A DNA stretch of 42,386 nucleotides from Octopus bimaculoides (GCF_001194135.2 NC_068999.1:26848427-26890812), one strand, 5' to 3'. Numbered from the stretch's first letter, positions 1-10,865 are shown. The notes: generated from the letters alone by a model not told the origin. Made by a program: numbers and translations.

Positions 1-102
1 TCTTCTTCTTCTTCTTCTTCTTCTTCTTCTTCTTCTTCTTCTTCTTCTTCTTCTTCTTCTTCTTCTTCTTCTTCTTCTTCTTCTTCTTCTTCTTCTTCTT
101 CT
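1..102. repeat. (TCT)n microsatellite, truncated by window start
   Basis: Perfect TCT triplet run. Confidence 0.98.
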
Positions 103-523
103 TCAGAAGTTTGTTCTGAGAGCTTATTCTTGAGCGCTGCACACTAACTCCTCAGTGGGCCCTTTAAGTCTCCTTTCTGCAGCTATTGGCAGGTTCTATT
201 CCAATCAATCTCATCTTTATGCTTCAAGAACTGACTGTGTATTTTCTTGTCCTCCCAAATTTTCTTCATCTGTTCTCTCTGGTCTTTCTCAAATTGTGTT
301 GGATCTATGCTTCGTTGAACTTTAAGGTTCCCTGCGTTTTCTTTTCTTCTTTAATACCCTTGACATACCAAGCCAGGCTATTCTCTTCTTCCCTTACACA
401 ACCTTCACAACACACCAATTCCAATCCTCCTTCTTTCCTCTTTACATACAATCTTGACACATCACTCTAGGAGTGTAGTTCCTGGTTCCTTGTCATTAAT
501 TTACATGTTCTCCGCTCTATCTG
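103..523 (-). mobile_element. R4/Dong-like non-LTR retrotransposon fragment (post-RT region), decayed
   Basis: Minus strand reads SRLYVKRKEGG...CVREEENSLAWYVK and WLQKGDLKGPTEELVCAAQE*ALRTN, homologous to the equivalent segments of the copies at 926-2697 and 17593-20450. Contains stops. Confidence 0.8.
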
Positions 524-532
524 TTGTTGTTG

Positions 533-606
<74 letters not shown>
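524..606. repeat. (TTG)n(TTA)n microsatellite; (TAA)n tail of the adjacent minus-strand element
   Basis: Triplet run directly abutting the 3'UTR of the 607-925 fragment. Confidence 0.95.
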
Positions 607-609
<3 letters not shown>

Positions 610-925
610 TAGTTTTATTTTTATAACGTGCTTTCACTTCACTACCGAGCGCNNNNNNNNNNTGTGTGCGGTACCTAGTAGTGCTATTTTCTGTATGTTA
701 TATATATTTGTAAGTCCTGGTGTTTTTGTTATGTATTTGTCTGAATATTTTTTTATCATACCTAATACGCCTATTATGACATGGAATTGTTTCTGTTTTT
801 AGACTCCACATTCGAGTTATCTCTATTTCCAAGTTTCTGTATTTTGAAAGTTTCTCCATTTCTTTTAGAGAAACGTTGTCATCTGTTTGTATTGATACAT
901 CGATTAGAAAGCATTTTTTAAAAGA
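607..925 (-). mobile_element. R4/Dong-like 3' fragment (REL endonuclease C-terminus + 3'UTR), family A
   Basis: Minus strand KKCFLIDVSIQTDDNVSLKEMEKLSKYRNLEIEITRMWSLKTET. The 3'UTR is near-identical to 6497-6772 and ends in (TAA)n. The 10-N gap at 653-662 replaces about 80 bp present in the other copy (6543-6622). Confidence 0.85.
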
Positions 926-2697
926 AAACTCACAGCTTATTTGGCTGGGTGTGATAGAAAGTGTCAGCTGTCCATAGCCAGCAGACTAAAGTGACACTTG
1001 TTTACTGGTCATACTTCAAGAAACCTGCGAAGAATTCTTGAAGTTCCAAGCAATGCTGATTTTTGTAGGTGTTTTACCTTCACTCTTGCACCAATCTTTT
1101 CCAGCCATGTTAGTAGGTGAGTGCTGATAGCTCCAAATGCACCAATTACTATTAGCGTTACGTCTACTCTCCTAATTGACCACAAACTTCGTATTTCTCA
1201 TATCAAATCGTCATTGTTGTTTATTTTTTCTTCTTTCACATTGATCCTGTCACCGGGGCAAGCATGTTTTTCTTCTTTATTCACCACAACAATGTCAGGT
1301 TTCCGATGTCTGGTCAGGTGAACGCACTGATTTTGCAATTCTCACAGGATTTTGCAATTCTCTTTCTCCGTGACTCTTTCTGGGGTTTACTCATACCACG
1401 TCTTTGCGCTTTGTAGGCCGTGATTTCCACAGTGCTCCCAATGGATCATTCTTGCCACATTGTCATAGCGTCTTCTGTATTCGCGTTGTGCCAATTTCGG
1501 GCATTCGCTAACGATGTGCCATACCGTTTCACTCCTCTCACCATACATTCTGAATTTGTCGGTGTCGGTAGTGTTGTCTATTCTGCACTTCACATAGTTA
1601 ACGTTTGTTCTTGAGCTGGGCATATGAGTACTTCTGTCTCTATCTTCAGGTCATTTCTCCTCACCCATAGCCACCGGTCCTCTGTATCTGTCTTGCAAAC
1701 CGACCGTACAGTTTTCCTTCCACGCCTTTTCTTCTTTTTTTTTTGTTCATTTCTTGTTTAGATTTTTCTTTTATTACAGAATTTTCAGTTTTGATGACGC
1801 CAACCTTCTTCGTATGTTTAAACAATGGCTCCAAGGCAATTTTTATATACCGCCCCAAGCTGTTTTCCTCTGCTTCGATACAATCCTGACAACTGATCAA
1901 ACCTCTGTCACCCTTTCTTCTGGACAAGTACAGCCTATTGGTGTCACTCTTAGGGTGGAAGGCTCCGTGTGCTGTCAACATTTTTCTGGTCATGGTATCA
2001 ATTTTCATCACCCCTCTCTTTTGCCATTGTATAATTCCCGCTCCATACCGAAGTGATGCTATCGCCTACGTATTAACTGCTTGGGCTTTATTCCATCCAG
2101 CCGATTTTGAGTGCGACGTCAACCTTAGCCTTCGGAAATATTCCATGCTCAGTTGCTCTTTCATTTCCTTCTCCGTTATCTTGTTGAGCACCAAGGTATT
2201 TGTAGCCTTCCGTTTCAATTTGTTTAATCAAGTCTATTCGGTCATTCTATCCCTGCTAGGGACTCTACCTTGCCTCTTTTTAGGTATGTTATTTGCACCT
2301 TATGAGTCCTAATTGCATTCTAATATCTGCACTAAAATAGTGGACCGTGTTCACCAATGAACTCACTTGTATCTCGTTCTTGCCATATAATTTCAAATCA
2401 TCCATGAAGAGGCGGTGGTTGACTGTTTCGGATTTTCCCTTTGGTTGGTACCCCAGGTTCATTTTCCAGAATACCAAGGTCAGGAGTATCCTGCAGAGAA
2501 CAAAAAGCAAAGGAAGATAAGCTATCACACTGGAAAATCCCTGTTCTGATACCAGGGTGCCGAAGCTTTTTCCGTAAGATGTCAGTTCAGTTTTCCACCT
2601 CACCATACTTCTCTTCAGGAAACGCATTACATTTCTCGCAATTCCAAACAGATCCAAACACTCGATGATCCACGAATGTGGAATCATATCATAAGCT
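926..2697 (-). mobile_element. R4/Dong-like non-LTR retrotransposon, 5'-truncated, decayed (RT, CCHC knuckle, REL, 3'UTR)
   Basis: KAYDMIPHSWII, NHRLFMDDLKLYGK (RT), RLYLSRRKGDRGLISCQDC, CRMYGERSETVWHIVSECPKLAQ-like knuckle, RHRKPDIVV (REL), ILRRFLEV*. Frameshifts and stops throughout. Confidence 0.9.
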
Positions 2698-2707
2698 TTT
2701 ATTATTA

Positions 2708-2772
<65 letters not shown>
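2698..2772. repeat. (TTA)n microsatellite between two stacked Dong-like copies
   Basis: Triplet run with one TTG interruption. Confidence 0.95.
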
Positions 2773-2773
<1 letters not shown>

Positions 2774-3410
2774 CTTCGTAACACAGTGTAGGTAAAAATG
2801 CAGTTTTTAGTCATCTGTGAAGTCACAACAAGGACCTCAGACAGATAATACTTTTCTTAAGATGTGCGCTGTGCCCAATAAGGCTGCTTTTTGCAAGACA
2901 TCAATCTTGCATGGGATTTCCAGTTGCATTAAGAAGTCTTGAAGTTTCAATGGGATTGAGCCCAACGCTCCAGTCACCACTGGTATCACTTTTACATTAC
3001 CCTCTCGCATTCCATACAGTCTTGCCATTTCCACTTTCAGTTCGGAATACTTGGTGAATTTTCTAACCTCTTTACTCACAACATTCCTGTCATTTGGTAT
3101 GGCTACATCAATGATCTGACAGTATTTCTCTCTCTTATTCGATATGACAATATCTGGCCGACAGTGTTCGATTACACGATCCGTCTGAAAATCATAGTCC
3201 TAGTGTATCGTTACTTTTCCGTCCTCCTGCATAACTTTACCAGCTACATGCTCATACCAGTTCTCTGTTACTTCATATTGGTATTTACGGCATAAGAGCT
3301 AATGAAGATACTCATACACTTTATCGTGGCGGCGTTTGTATTTTAGTGCAAGGCTCTCACATCCACTTACCAAGTGGGTCACATTTTCCACACTCTTTCT
3401 ATAGAGTCTG

Positions 3411-3411
<1 letters not shown>
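2773..3411 (-). mobile_element. R4/Dong-like 3' fragment (knuckle remnant, REL, 3'UTR), family B
   Basis: ENVTHLVSGCESLA, RPDIVI, QIIDVAIPNDRNVVSKEVRKFTKYSELKVE, VIPVVTGALG, ALLGTAHILRKVLSV*. Ends in (TAA)n. Confidence 0.9.
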
Positions 3412-3450
<39 letters not shown>

Positions 3451-3458
3451 GTTGTTGC

Positions 3459-3489
<31 letters not shown>

Positions 3490-3520
3490 ATTATTATTAT
3501 TATTGTTATTATTATTATTA

Positions 3521-3575
<55 letters not shown>

Positions 3576-3595
3576 CATCATCATTATTATTACTC
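3412..3595. repeat. Compound (ATT)n/(GTT)n/(ATC)n microsatellite
   Basis: Direct reading; source of the poly-I/L/V ORFs. Confidence 0.97.
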
Positions 3596-3778
3596 CGCTA
3601 TTGTGGATTATATCTATATATTTATTATTCATTTCTCTACCTCCTGTTATATATCCTGTTATACCCTTTAATGTGGTAGTATCTCCCCTTGATTGATGTT
3701 AACCTCACGTTTTTGTTTTTGGAATCTTTTTGATTCGATATTGCCCTTGTGGCCAAGAAAAGAAATCATTATTATTAA

Positions 3779-3916
3779 GGCGGTGAGACTTAACCTTTCA
3801 TCCTTTTGGGGTCGACAAATTAAGTGCTAGTGAATCACTGTGGTCGATGTAATCACATTGTTCCCACCTCTCAAATTTCAGGTCTTGTGTCTATAGTAGA
3901 AAGTATTATTATTATT
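3779..3916 (+). mobile_element. tRNA-derived SINE family A, internally deleted
   Basis: GGCGGTGAG head joined to CCTTTCATCCTTTTGGGGTCGAC...GGTCTTGTGTCTATAGTAGAAAG(TAT)n. Matches the longer copies at 9518 and 28934. Confidence 0.8.
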
Positions 3917-3976
3917 GATATTATTAATATAATCAAAACGAAGAGCGCAATTCGATTGCAAAAGATATTTTATTGG

Positions 3977-4019
3977 CTGAACGATATTTCGACAGTAAGC
4001 CTGTCTTTGTCAAGTTCAA
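3977..4019 (-). ncRNA. Minimal type I hammerhead ribozyme fold (U3/A8 variant core) in the 3' terminal repeat
   Basis: UUGAAC-UUGACAA-A-GACAG(GCUUA)CUGUC-GAAA-UAUC-GUUCAG: 6-bp stem I, 5-bp stem II, palindromic AUAU stem III, AUC cleavage triplet. Activity untested. Confidence 0.7.
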
Positions 4020-4196
4020 AATAAGAGGTGATAAAATTATAGAAATTTAAATTTAAAGTATGAACGAGAGCAACCAGCGTCCATATGTTGATGGAATGAC
4101 TTTATCAGTCTTTAAGATTCAATTTTATAACAGGCTAAAAGAAAAAGGACAGAAAAAAAAATAGGAAAGAAAAAAGAAAAGACAAAACAAGAATAT

Positions 4197-4600
4197 TTAA
4201 TCAAACAGTTTTGTATAAATTTGATGATATTCTCCTGTCATCTTATTCATTCCTCCAGGGCGTGATGTTAATAATCCGCAAACATATTTCTCCTCATACA
4301 TTCTGAGAAGTGAAAGTGGAGCAGATTCAGAATATTTTCTGAGAATATGCACTTTCAAGTCTTTTTCAAAATTGCAGCCGTTTGAAACAAAATGTTCAAC
4401 AAGTTCTGTTGAACTTCTGTTATTGTGCCTGCCGTCGAATTAAAAGTTTTGTTTAATTGTTCTGTTGTACAACTAACATAAATCAAGTTATGTTTCGTGC
4501 ATTCTGCCACGTACACCAACTGGGAATCTCTACATGTCCCACCTTCTGTATAAATCATAACATTTCTGTTATGATTCCTGATGGAATTCACTTGATTCAT
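4197..4600 (-). pseudogene. GIY-YIG endonuclease of the Penelope-like element, frameshifted
   Basis: TCRDSQLVYVAECTKHNLIYVSCTTEQLNKTFN, then after a frameshift ELVEHF...DLKVHIL...EEKYVCGLLTSRPGGMN, stop at 4197-4199. Confidence 0.8.
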
Positions 4601-4914
4601 GTTGTTGCACAATGAACAGGGCTTACCTCTCTTGCGGCTGTTTTTCAAGGTACAGTGTGCAGATACTTCAATGTTCGTTCTCTTGGAGTCAGATATAGAG
4701 GTCAATAATTCTCTTATATTATTATTCCGTCTAAAGACTACAATAGGCGGATGAGGAAATATCTGTTTGAAACGAGGATATTTTTCGCCACATGCTGGTA
4801 ACTTTCATGCAACACTTTTGAAATGCCAGCGAAATTTCGGTGCCCTACTTCCTTTACTCGTGATTCACTGTAACCGCCTTCGACATAATGATGTACAAAA
4901 GCATTTGCATGTTT

Positions 4915-6182
4915 CTAGTAATCCCCTATGTCAGTACAAATCCGTTTTATCCTAAAAAATTGGGATTTCGGATTTGACCGAATATGACGTGGATGATCGG
5001 AACGGCGGTGGAGATAACTGTGGGATGACGTGGGCTTGCAAAATAACTCTGTCACTATCCTGCCTCCAGAAAACTTAACTTTTGTGATCAAAAATTCAAC
5101 GTTAGTTTTTGAAAAGCTAGAAGTAAATTTTATGTGAGACTTAAAGCCATAGTTTTTAGTATAACAGTCACAGAAATGCAAGAAGTCCATTAAACTGTCC
5201 TGTGATCCTTCCCAGGCAAAAAATACGTCATCAATGGACCGTAACCAGAATATTGGTTCATGACCATGAAGGGATTTGAATGTCTTCAGTAACTGTATCT
5301 CGAATTTCGTCATGAAGACATTAGTGAAATTAACTGCCAATACCTATGGAGCAACCCTTCGTCTGGTGGAAAAATCACAAACGTCAATAATCTACAGAGA
5401 AAATTTGATGGAATACTTTTGTCTGACCGCTTTTCGAAGGCATCCATGCATGCTTCTACCCCTTCATTGTGGTCAATATTGGGATATAAAGAAGAAACAT
5501 CCATGATTACCAAAATACAGTTCTCAACACGGCCTGGGTGCTTAAAATAGTTGTTGATTTTGAGACACAAAATCAAAAGTATCCCGTCTATAGGAACTTG
5601 ATCTTTTGCGACAGGGAGTAGAAAGCCGTCCAACCATTCCGAAATCTTGGCCGTACAACATTCATACCCACTGCAAATTGGGCGCATTGGAAGAAATCTT
5701 TCGAACTTTTTCTGTATTTTAGGGAGACCATAAAATACAGGTGTTCTTCTTTCTGACCGTAAATTGAAATTGATTTCCTCCATTTCCAGAATTATTTCGT
5801 CAAGTTCCTTTCTGTAATTAGGGTTTGTACCGACAGGTAATTCTTCATACGAAGTTTTGTCGTTTAAAACTTCTTCACAAGCGAATATATACTCACTTTT
5901 GTCCATAATTACGATAGCGCCTCTCTTATCGGCCATTTTAATAACAATAGAATTGTTATTAGCTAGACGTCGGAGAGCGTAACGTTGGGAATTTGTGAGG
6001 TTATTCCAGGACTGCTTTCCACTTGTTTTAAGGCTTTCTCTAATGCCTGCCTGACAAGATTCAAGAAATTCCAGTAGTGCTTGTGAACATCCATCCTGAA
6101 CTTTATCTGGATACCAATTGGGATTCTTTTCAATCCAATTATGCCAGACTCGATCATCATCATTTTTATTTTCAGTAAGCAT
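4915..6182 (-). pseudogene. Penelope-type reverse transcriptase, frameshifted (ORFs 5310-6182 and 4915-5340)
   Basis: ADKRG, LPKI, RPI, DVSSLY and IDD motifs in PLE order, plus FCKPTSSHSYLHRRSDHP, a typical PLE thumb region. Confidence 0.85.
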
Positions 6183-6339
6183 AGGTTTTCTGACTCCTCG
6201 TTACCAGTTTTTTCATGTGTGTGCATGTGAATAAAATTGAAACTTCAAGACTGATGATGTCATTCCATCAACGCTGGTTGCTCTTGTTCATACTTTGAAT
6301 TTAAATTTCACTAATTTTGATTTTTTATTACCTCTTATC

Positions 6340-6382
6340 TTGAACTTGACAAAGACAGTCTTACTGTCGAAATATCGTTTAA
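6340..6382 (+). ncRNA. Minimal type I hammerhead ribozyme fold (U3/A8 variant core) in the inverted 5' terminal repeat
   Basis: UUGAAC-UUGACAA-A-GACAGU(CUU)ACUGUC-GAAA-UAUC-GUUUAA: same topology as 3977-4019, pairing preserved despite substitutions. Confidence 0.7.
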
Positions 6383-6459
6383 CTACTATTACAATCGAAT
6401 CGCGCTCTTCGTCTTGACTGTTTACATATGTGAAGAGTTACGTCCATCCTTTAAAACAA

Positions 6460-6461
<2 letters not shown>

Positions 6462-6496
<35 letters not shown>
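6462..6496. repeat. (TTA)n tail of the adjacent minus-strand element
   Basis: Triplet run. Confidence 0.95.
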
Positions 6497-6499
<3 letters not shown>

Positions 6500-6772
6500 T
6501 AGTCTCATTTTTATCACGTGCTTTCACTGCACTACCGAGCGCAGCTCTGTGTGCTTTGGGTATGTGCTGTGGTTTGTTGTGATGCTCTTATTGTTACAGT
6601 ATTGAAAGTGTTTTACGTAGGATGTGTGCGGTACCTAGTAGTGCTATTTTCTGTATGTTATATATACTTGTTAGTGCTGGTGTTTTTGTTTTGTATTTGA
6701 ATATTTTTTTTAATCATGCCTAATGCGCCTACTATGATAAGAATTGTTTCTGTCTTTAAACTCCACACTCGA
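6497..6772 (-). mobile_element. R4/Dong-like 3' fragment, family A
   Basis: RVWSLKTETILIIVGALGMIKK...IQKIALLGTAHILRKTLSIL* plus a 3'UTR matching 607-925. Confidence 0.9.
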
Positions 6773-7375
6773 GAGCCAGCAGAATCGTTAGAACGGCGGG
6801 CAAGATGCTTAGCGGCAATTCGTCCGTCTTTATGTTCTGAGTTCAAAATTCGTCTAGGTCGGCTTTGCCTTTCATCTCTCGGGAACGTTAAAATAAGTAC
6901 CAGTCAAGTACTGGAGTCGAGATAATCGACTAACCCCACCCCCAAAATTTCAGGTCTTTTGCCTATCGTGACACTCCGTCGGTTACGACGACGAGGGTTC
7001 CAGTTGTTCCGATCAGCGGAACAGCCTGCCCGTGAAATTAAAGTGCAAGTGGCTGAGCACTCCACAGACACGTGTACACTTAACGTAGTTGTCGGGGAGA
7101 TTCAGCGTGACAGAGTGTGACAAGGCTGACCCTTTGAAATACAGGCACAACAGAAACAGGAAGAAAGCGTGAGAGAAAGTTGTGGTGAAAGAGTACAGCA
7201 GGGTTCGCCACCACCTCCTGCCGGAGCTTTGTGGAGCTTAAGATGTTTTCGCTTAATAAGCACTCACAACGTCCGGTCTAGGAATCGAAACCGCTATCCT
7301 ACGATCACGAGTTCACTGTCCTAACCACTGGGCCATTGCGCCTCCACCTTATTCCTATAGTAGAAAAGATTATTA
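6771..7375 (+). mobile_element. SINE family A, split by a nested SINE-B (6967-7347)
   Basis: CAGAATCGTTAG...GAGTTCAAAATTC body. The tail GCCTAT|AGTAGAAAAGATTATT resumes after 7348. Confidence 0.85.
6967..7347 (-). mobile_element. tRNA-derived SINE family B, apparently full length
   Basis: Head GTGGAGGCGCAATGGCCCAGTGGTTAGG...GGTTTCGATTCC has Pol III A-box and B-box. Degenerate 11-bp TSD CTTTTGCCTAT / CTTATTCCTAT. Confidence 0.85.
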
Positions 7376-7892
7376 TCATTATTAATGTAGTAGTAGTAGT
7401 GGTGGTATTATTACTACAACTACTATTATTGGTAGTAATGATAGCAGTAGTGGAAGTAGTAGCAGCCGCAGACGTAGTAGAAGTATATATAGTAGTAGTG
7501 TTAACTGTAACAGTGTTTGTTAATCGAATTTTGTAAAGACTTCTTTCAAACAACCGATTCTTGACTTACATTAGACTTCCAAATTGTTACTGTACATTGT
7601 TGCTGTTGTTGTAGTCAGGTAAATAACGAAGAATAACAGTATATTCAGGCAGGCAGATCGACAAACAAAATTTGCAAAAGTGATATTGTTGTTGTTGATG
7701 ATGATGATGATGTTTCACCTGCGTAAAAATCAACGAATAACATCAGATGCAAGCAGATAAATAGAATTTACGACAGAACCAGTGACGAAGTTAATCATAT
7801 AAATACTGCCGTTGCATTGTTTCGTTGTGTTTCGTTTTTGATGAAAAGTAAATACGTTGATTTGTTTTGTATGTATGTCTCATTTACTTAGG

Positions 7893-7971
7893 GTATGTAT
7901 GTATGTATGTATGTATGTATGTATGTATGTATGTATGTATGTATGTATGTATGTATGTATGTATGTATGTA
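7893..7971. repeat. (GTAT)n microsatellite
   Basis: Tetranucleotide run. Confidence 0.97.
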
Positions 7972-8042
7972 CGTGTGTGTATGTACGTGTGTATTTAAGT
8001 ATATATATTTAAGTGTTTTTCTCTTTATTGGGAAACCCTTCA

Positions 8043-8100
8043 AGGCAGTGCCCCTGAATGGCCGCAGTCCAATAGCTGAAAGAAGTGAAAGACGAAAGTT
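8043..8100 (+). mobile_element. 3' tail fragment of SINE family C
   Basis: AGGCAGTGCCCCTGAATGGCCGCAGTCCAATAGCTGAAAGAAGTGAAAG resembles the reverse complement of 12375-12430. Confidence 0.6.
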
Positions 8101-8399
8101 ATAAAAGCTTTATGGTATTGAAGCCGATCTCTAAGAAAGAAGGAAGGCTCTCTTGTCAAAATAAGTCTTGGGGTTCGTGGATATGAGAATTGGTTAGTTG
8201 AATGCATGTGTGTGCATGTGGATAAACTTGCACCCATGTAGTGGGTTTACGGGTCATTTTATCCCACAAGTATGACTGTGTATGTGTGTGCTTGTGCGTG
8301 AGCGTGCATCATTACTGTTTATATGTGTATGTATGTCTGTATATTCCGTATGTGTTTGTGATTATGTGTGCGTTCAACCCAAATCCATCGAGTAGAGAA

Positions 8400-9205
8400 T
8401 CCCTGGAATCTTTAAAATATATTATTGCACTTCTAATTGATTGGATTTGGAGAATGCGAACCAATTTGCTTTGCTCTTTTTTGAAAACATTTGAATTTCC
8501 ACGTTTTTATGCAAATATGTTGTTACATAGTCCAGTGTACCTATGATAATAGTTACAAATGGAGTAACCTGGATATAACGGTTTTAAGATTTTCATTAGT
8601 TTTCCTTTTCCCCTAAACATTCAATCTTGCTAGCTTGTGGGTTATGTGGCCATGCATAATTTCCTTATATGATAAGTATTTCTCTTCTAAACTTTTGTTT
8701 ATGTTGATCAGTTCTGCTATCTTTGGTTCACACGGAACAGCTCCAAAGAGAACCTATTTAGAAGTTCTTCGCTTAGTGTTATAATATTATTTCACTGTTA
8801 AGTTTACACATTTGTACTAATTTCTCTCAACTCTTCTCTGTGCTGTCAAAGTAATACGATGCGGCACTGAAAGGCAATCTTGACTGAACCTCTGCCCCTC
8901 CCCCTCTGTTTATCATAGATCTTCTCATAGTCACTGGTGATGTGGAAGCTACTACTAGTCCTTTGTTAGTATCTTTCTAGCTCCTAGATCCAAGTTGCAA
9001 TACTCACAGCACCCACAGTACGTTAATTCCGAAGTATTTGTCATTCATCATTGATAACAGGCAAGATAAACAAGCAAATGATATCCATATTATTTAACTG
9101 GTCAACAGTCTTTCCCTGTTTGACTCTTGAGCTATCATGACCAAGGGCCATTTCTACGTCTTTGTTATCTATCAAAACAGGTATCTCATCTCTTTTCCTA
9201 CTTGT
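8400..9205 (-). mobile_element. Highly decayed R4/Dong-like relic
   Basis: Residual motifs in the correct order: NLDLGARKILT (LDRKTRKLMT), RSMINRGEGQRFSQDC (RLY..RKEGGRGLIS..DC), YKEIMHG, TIIIGTLDY (PIIVGAL). Confidence 0.55.
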
Positions 9206-9331
9206 TCCTATGGAAATGGAAATAGAAAAAGAATAGGAAATAATAAATAGAATCAATATTAAAACCGACAAGACCACGCTATACTATAAGCGGATATGTT
9301 CATGACGTTATGTGACTGCGTGTATTTATGC

Positions 9332-9372
<41 letters not shown>

Positions 9373-9517
9373 TGAGAAAGTTGGTATGTGAAAGCACGTG
9401 GTTGGATGTATAAAAGATAATAAGAGTGAAAAAACTACAGAACTAACGTTCGAGTGTTCATGTCGTGGTATACGCCGTTCCAGCAAAGTTTCTAAATGTC
9501 AATATTAATGGATGCTA

Positions 9518-9728
9518 GGCGGTGGGCTGGCAGAATCGTTAGCACTCCGGCAAAATGCTTAGCAGCATTTCGTCCGTCTTTACGTTCTCAGTTCAAATTC
9601 CGCCGAGGTCGACTTCCTGTTTCATCCTTTCCGGATCGATAAAATAAGTACCAGCCAAGTACTGGGATCGATGTAATCGACTCACCTTCTCCCTCAAAAT
9701 GGCTGGCCTTATGCCAAAATTTGAAATA
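9518..9728 (+). mobile_element. SINE family A, near full length
   Basis: GGCGGTGGGCTGGCAGAATCGTTAGC...AGTTCAAATTCCGCCGAGGTCGAC...GGCCTTATGCCAAAATTTGAAA. Confidence 0.9.
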
Positions 9729-10820
9729 TGAAAGCAGTATTAATGCAGGACATGCATTCGCCATTCTGGACTGTTTGGAAATTTTTACACTAAATATAAA
9801 AAAAAATGTCTTTAAAAATAAGCATGATTAATAACTAATTAAAGGTAACAACAAGGGAATAATAACTAAAAAATTATTGAAGGACATTGTTGGAAGAGTA
9901 ATACGCTTATGCATTGGTGAGGTTTTGTAATTATATATATTAAGGAATAATAGGTGGGTATTTACATTATGTTCATATTTGTTATGAAATTATATGCAAA
10001 TATTTAGGTTGTATTCGAACTGATACAATTTAAATATAATCTAAGTACTACTTAAAGTGCTACTAAGTACATGAAAGTTTGGAAAAACCATTCTCGGCAC
10101 TTATCAGAAGAGATAACTGGAAAAGTCTTGCGACGGCTCTTTGCCTTTGGACGCAAGAAAATGTTAATGTCCAGTTTGTGGGTGTCGTATAAAAAAACCG
10201 GAACGAAAGACTGTTGGAGAGACCTAAAAGAAATTTTTGTTTTTGTTCGCTTCTTACGCTCCTTGGATAGGTAAATGCCTGTAGAGCGGGGTAGGGGCTG
10301 GGGTGCATGCAGGATGGGATTGGTATGAGGTTTGCTACACCAAGATTATTATATACATATACATACACACGTTCATGCATGATTTTAAGATTGGTCCTCT
10401 CTCATCCCCACTAACCTTCCTCCACGCACACACATCACCCCGCTATCCCGCCTGTACCGACTCTGTATTTTACGTCATACACCATCATGGTACTGTATGC
10501 TCCCTATCCAAGGGGCTTAATTCTAACGAACAAAAGAGTTATTTGGGCTTCATCCGTGGTTTTTCTGTTCCTGTTTTTACGATACCGGCAAAACGGTTAT
10601 GGCACTTCCTGGCCGCCACTAAACTTTTTCTCTCAACCCTTTTGTCGAGTGCTGAGATTGACCAATGTTTTGTGTACGAAATCGATTAGTAAATTTGACA
10701 GAAATGAATCAATATTGTATAAATATTAATACACCTCACTATTGACAAAATTATAGATGTCTGAAATTTCCATAGATTCTGAGACGACTTTCCTACCCTC
10801 TCCCGCAAACATATATGTGT

Positions 10821-10865
<45 letters not shown>

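Larger units (their letters stand above)
3933..6416 (-). mobile_element. Penelope-like retroelement (RT + GIY-YIG), decayed, with inverted terminal repeats
   Basis: RT segments IVIKMADKRGAIVIMDK, FYGLPKIQK, MRPICSG, MDVSSLYPNIDH, WLRSIDDVF, plus a GIY-YIG domain. 3933-4131 is the reverse complement of 6228-6416. Confidence 0.9.
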
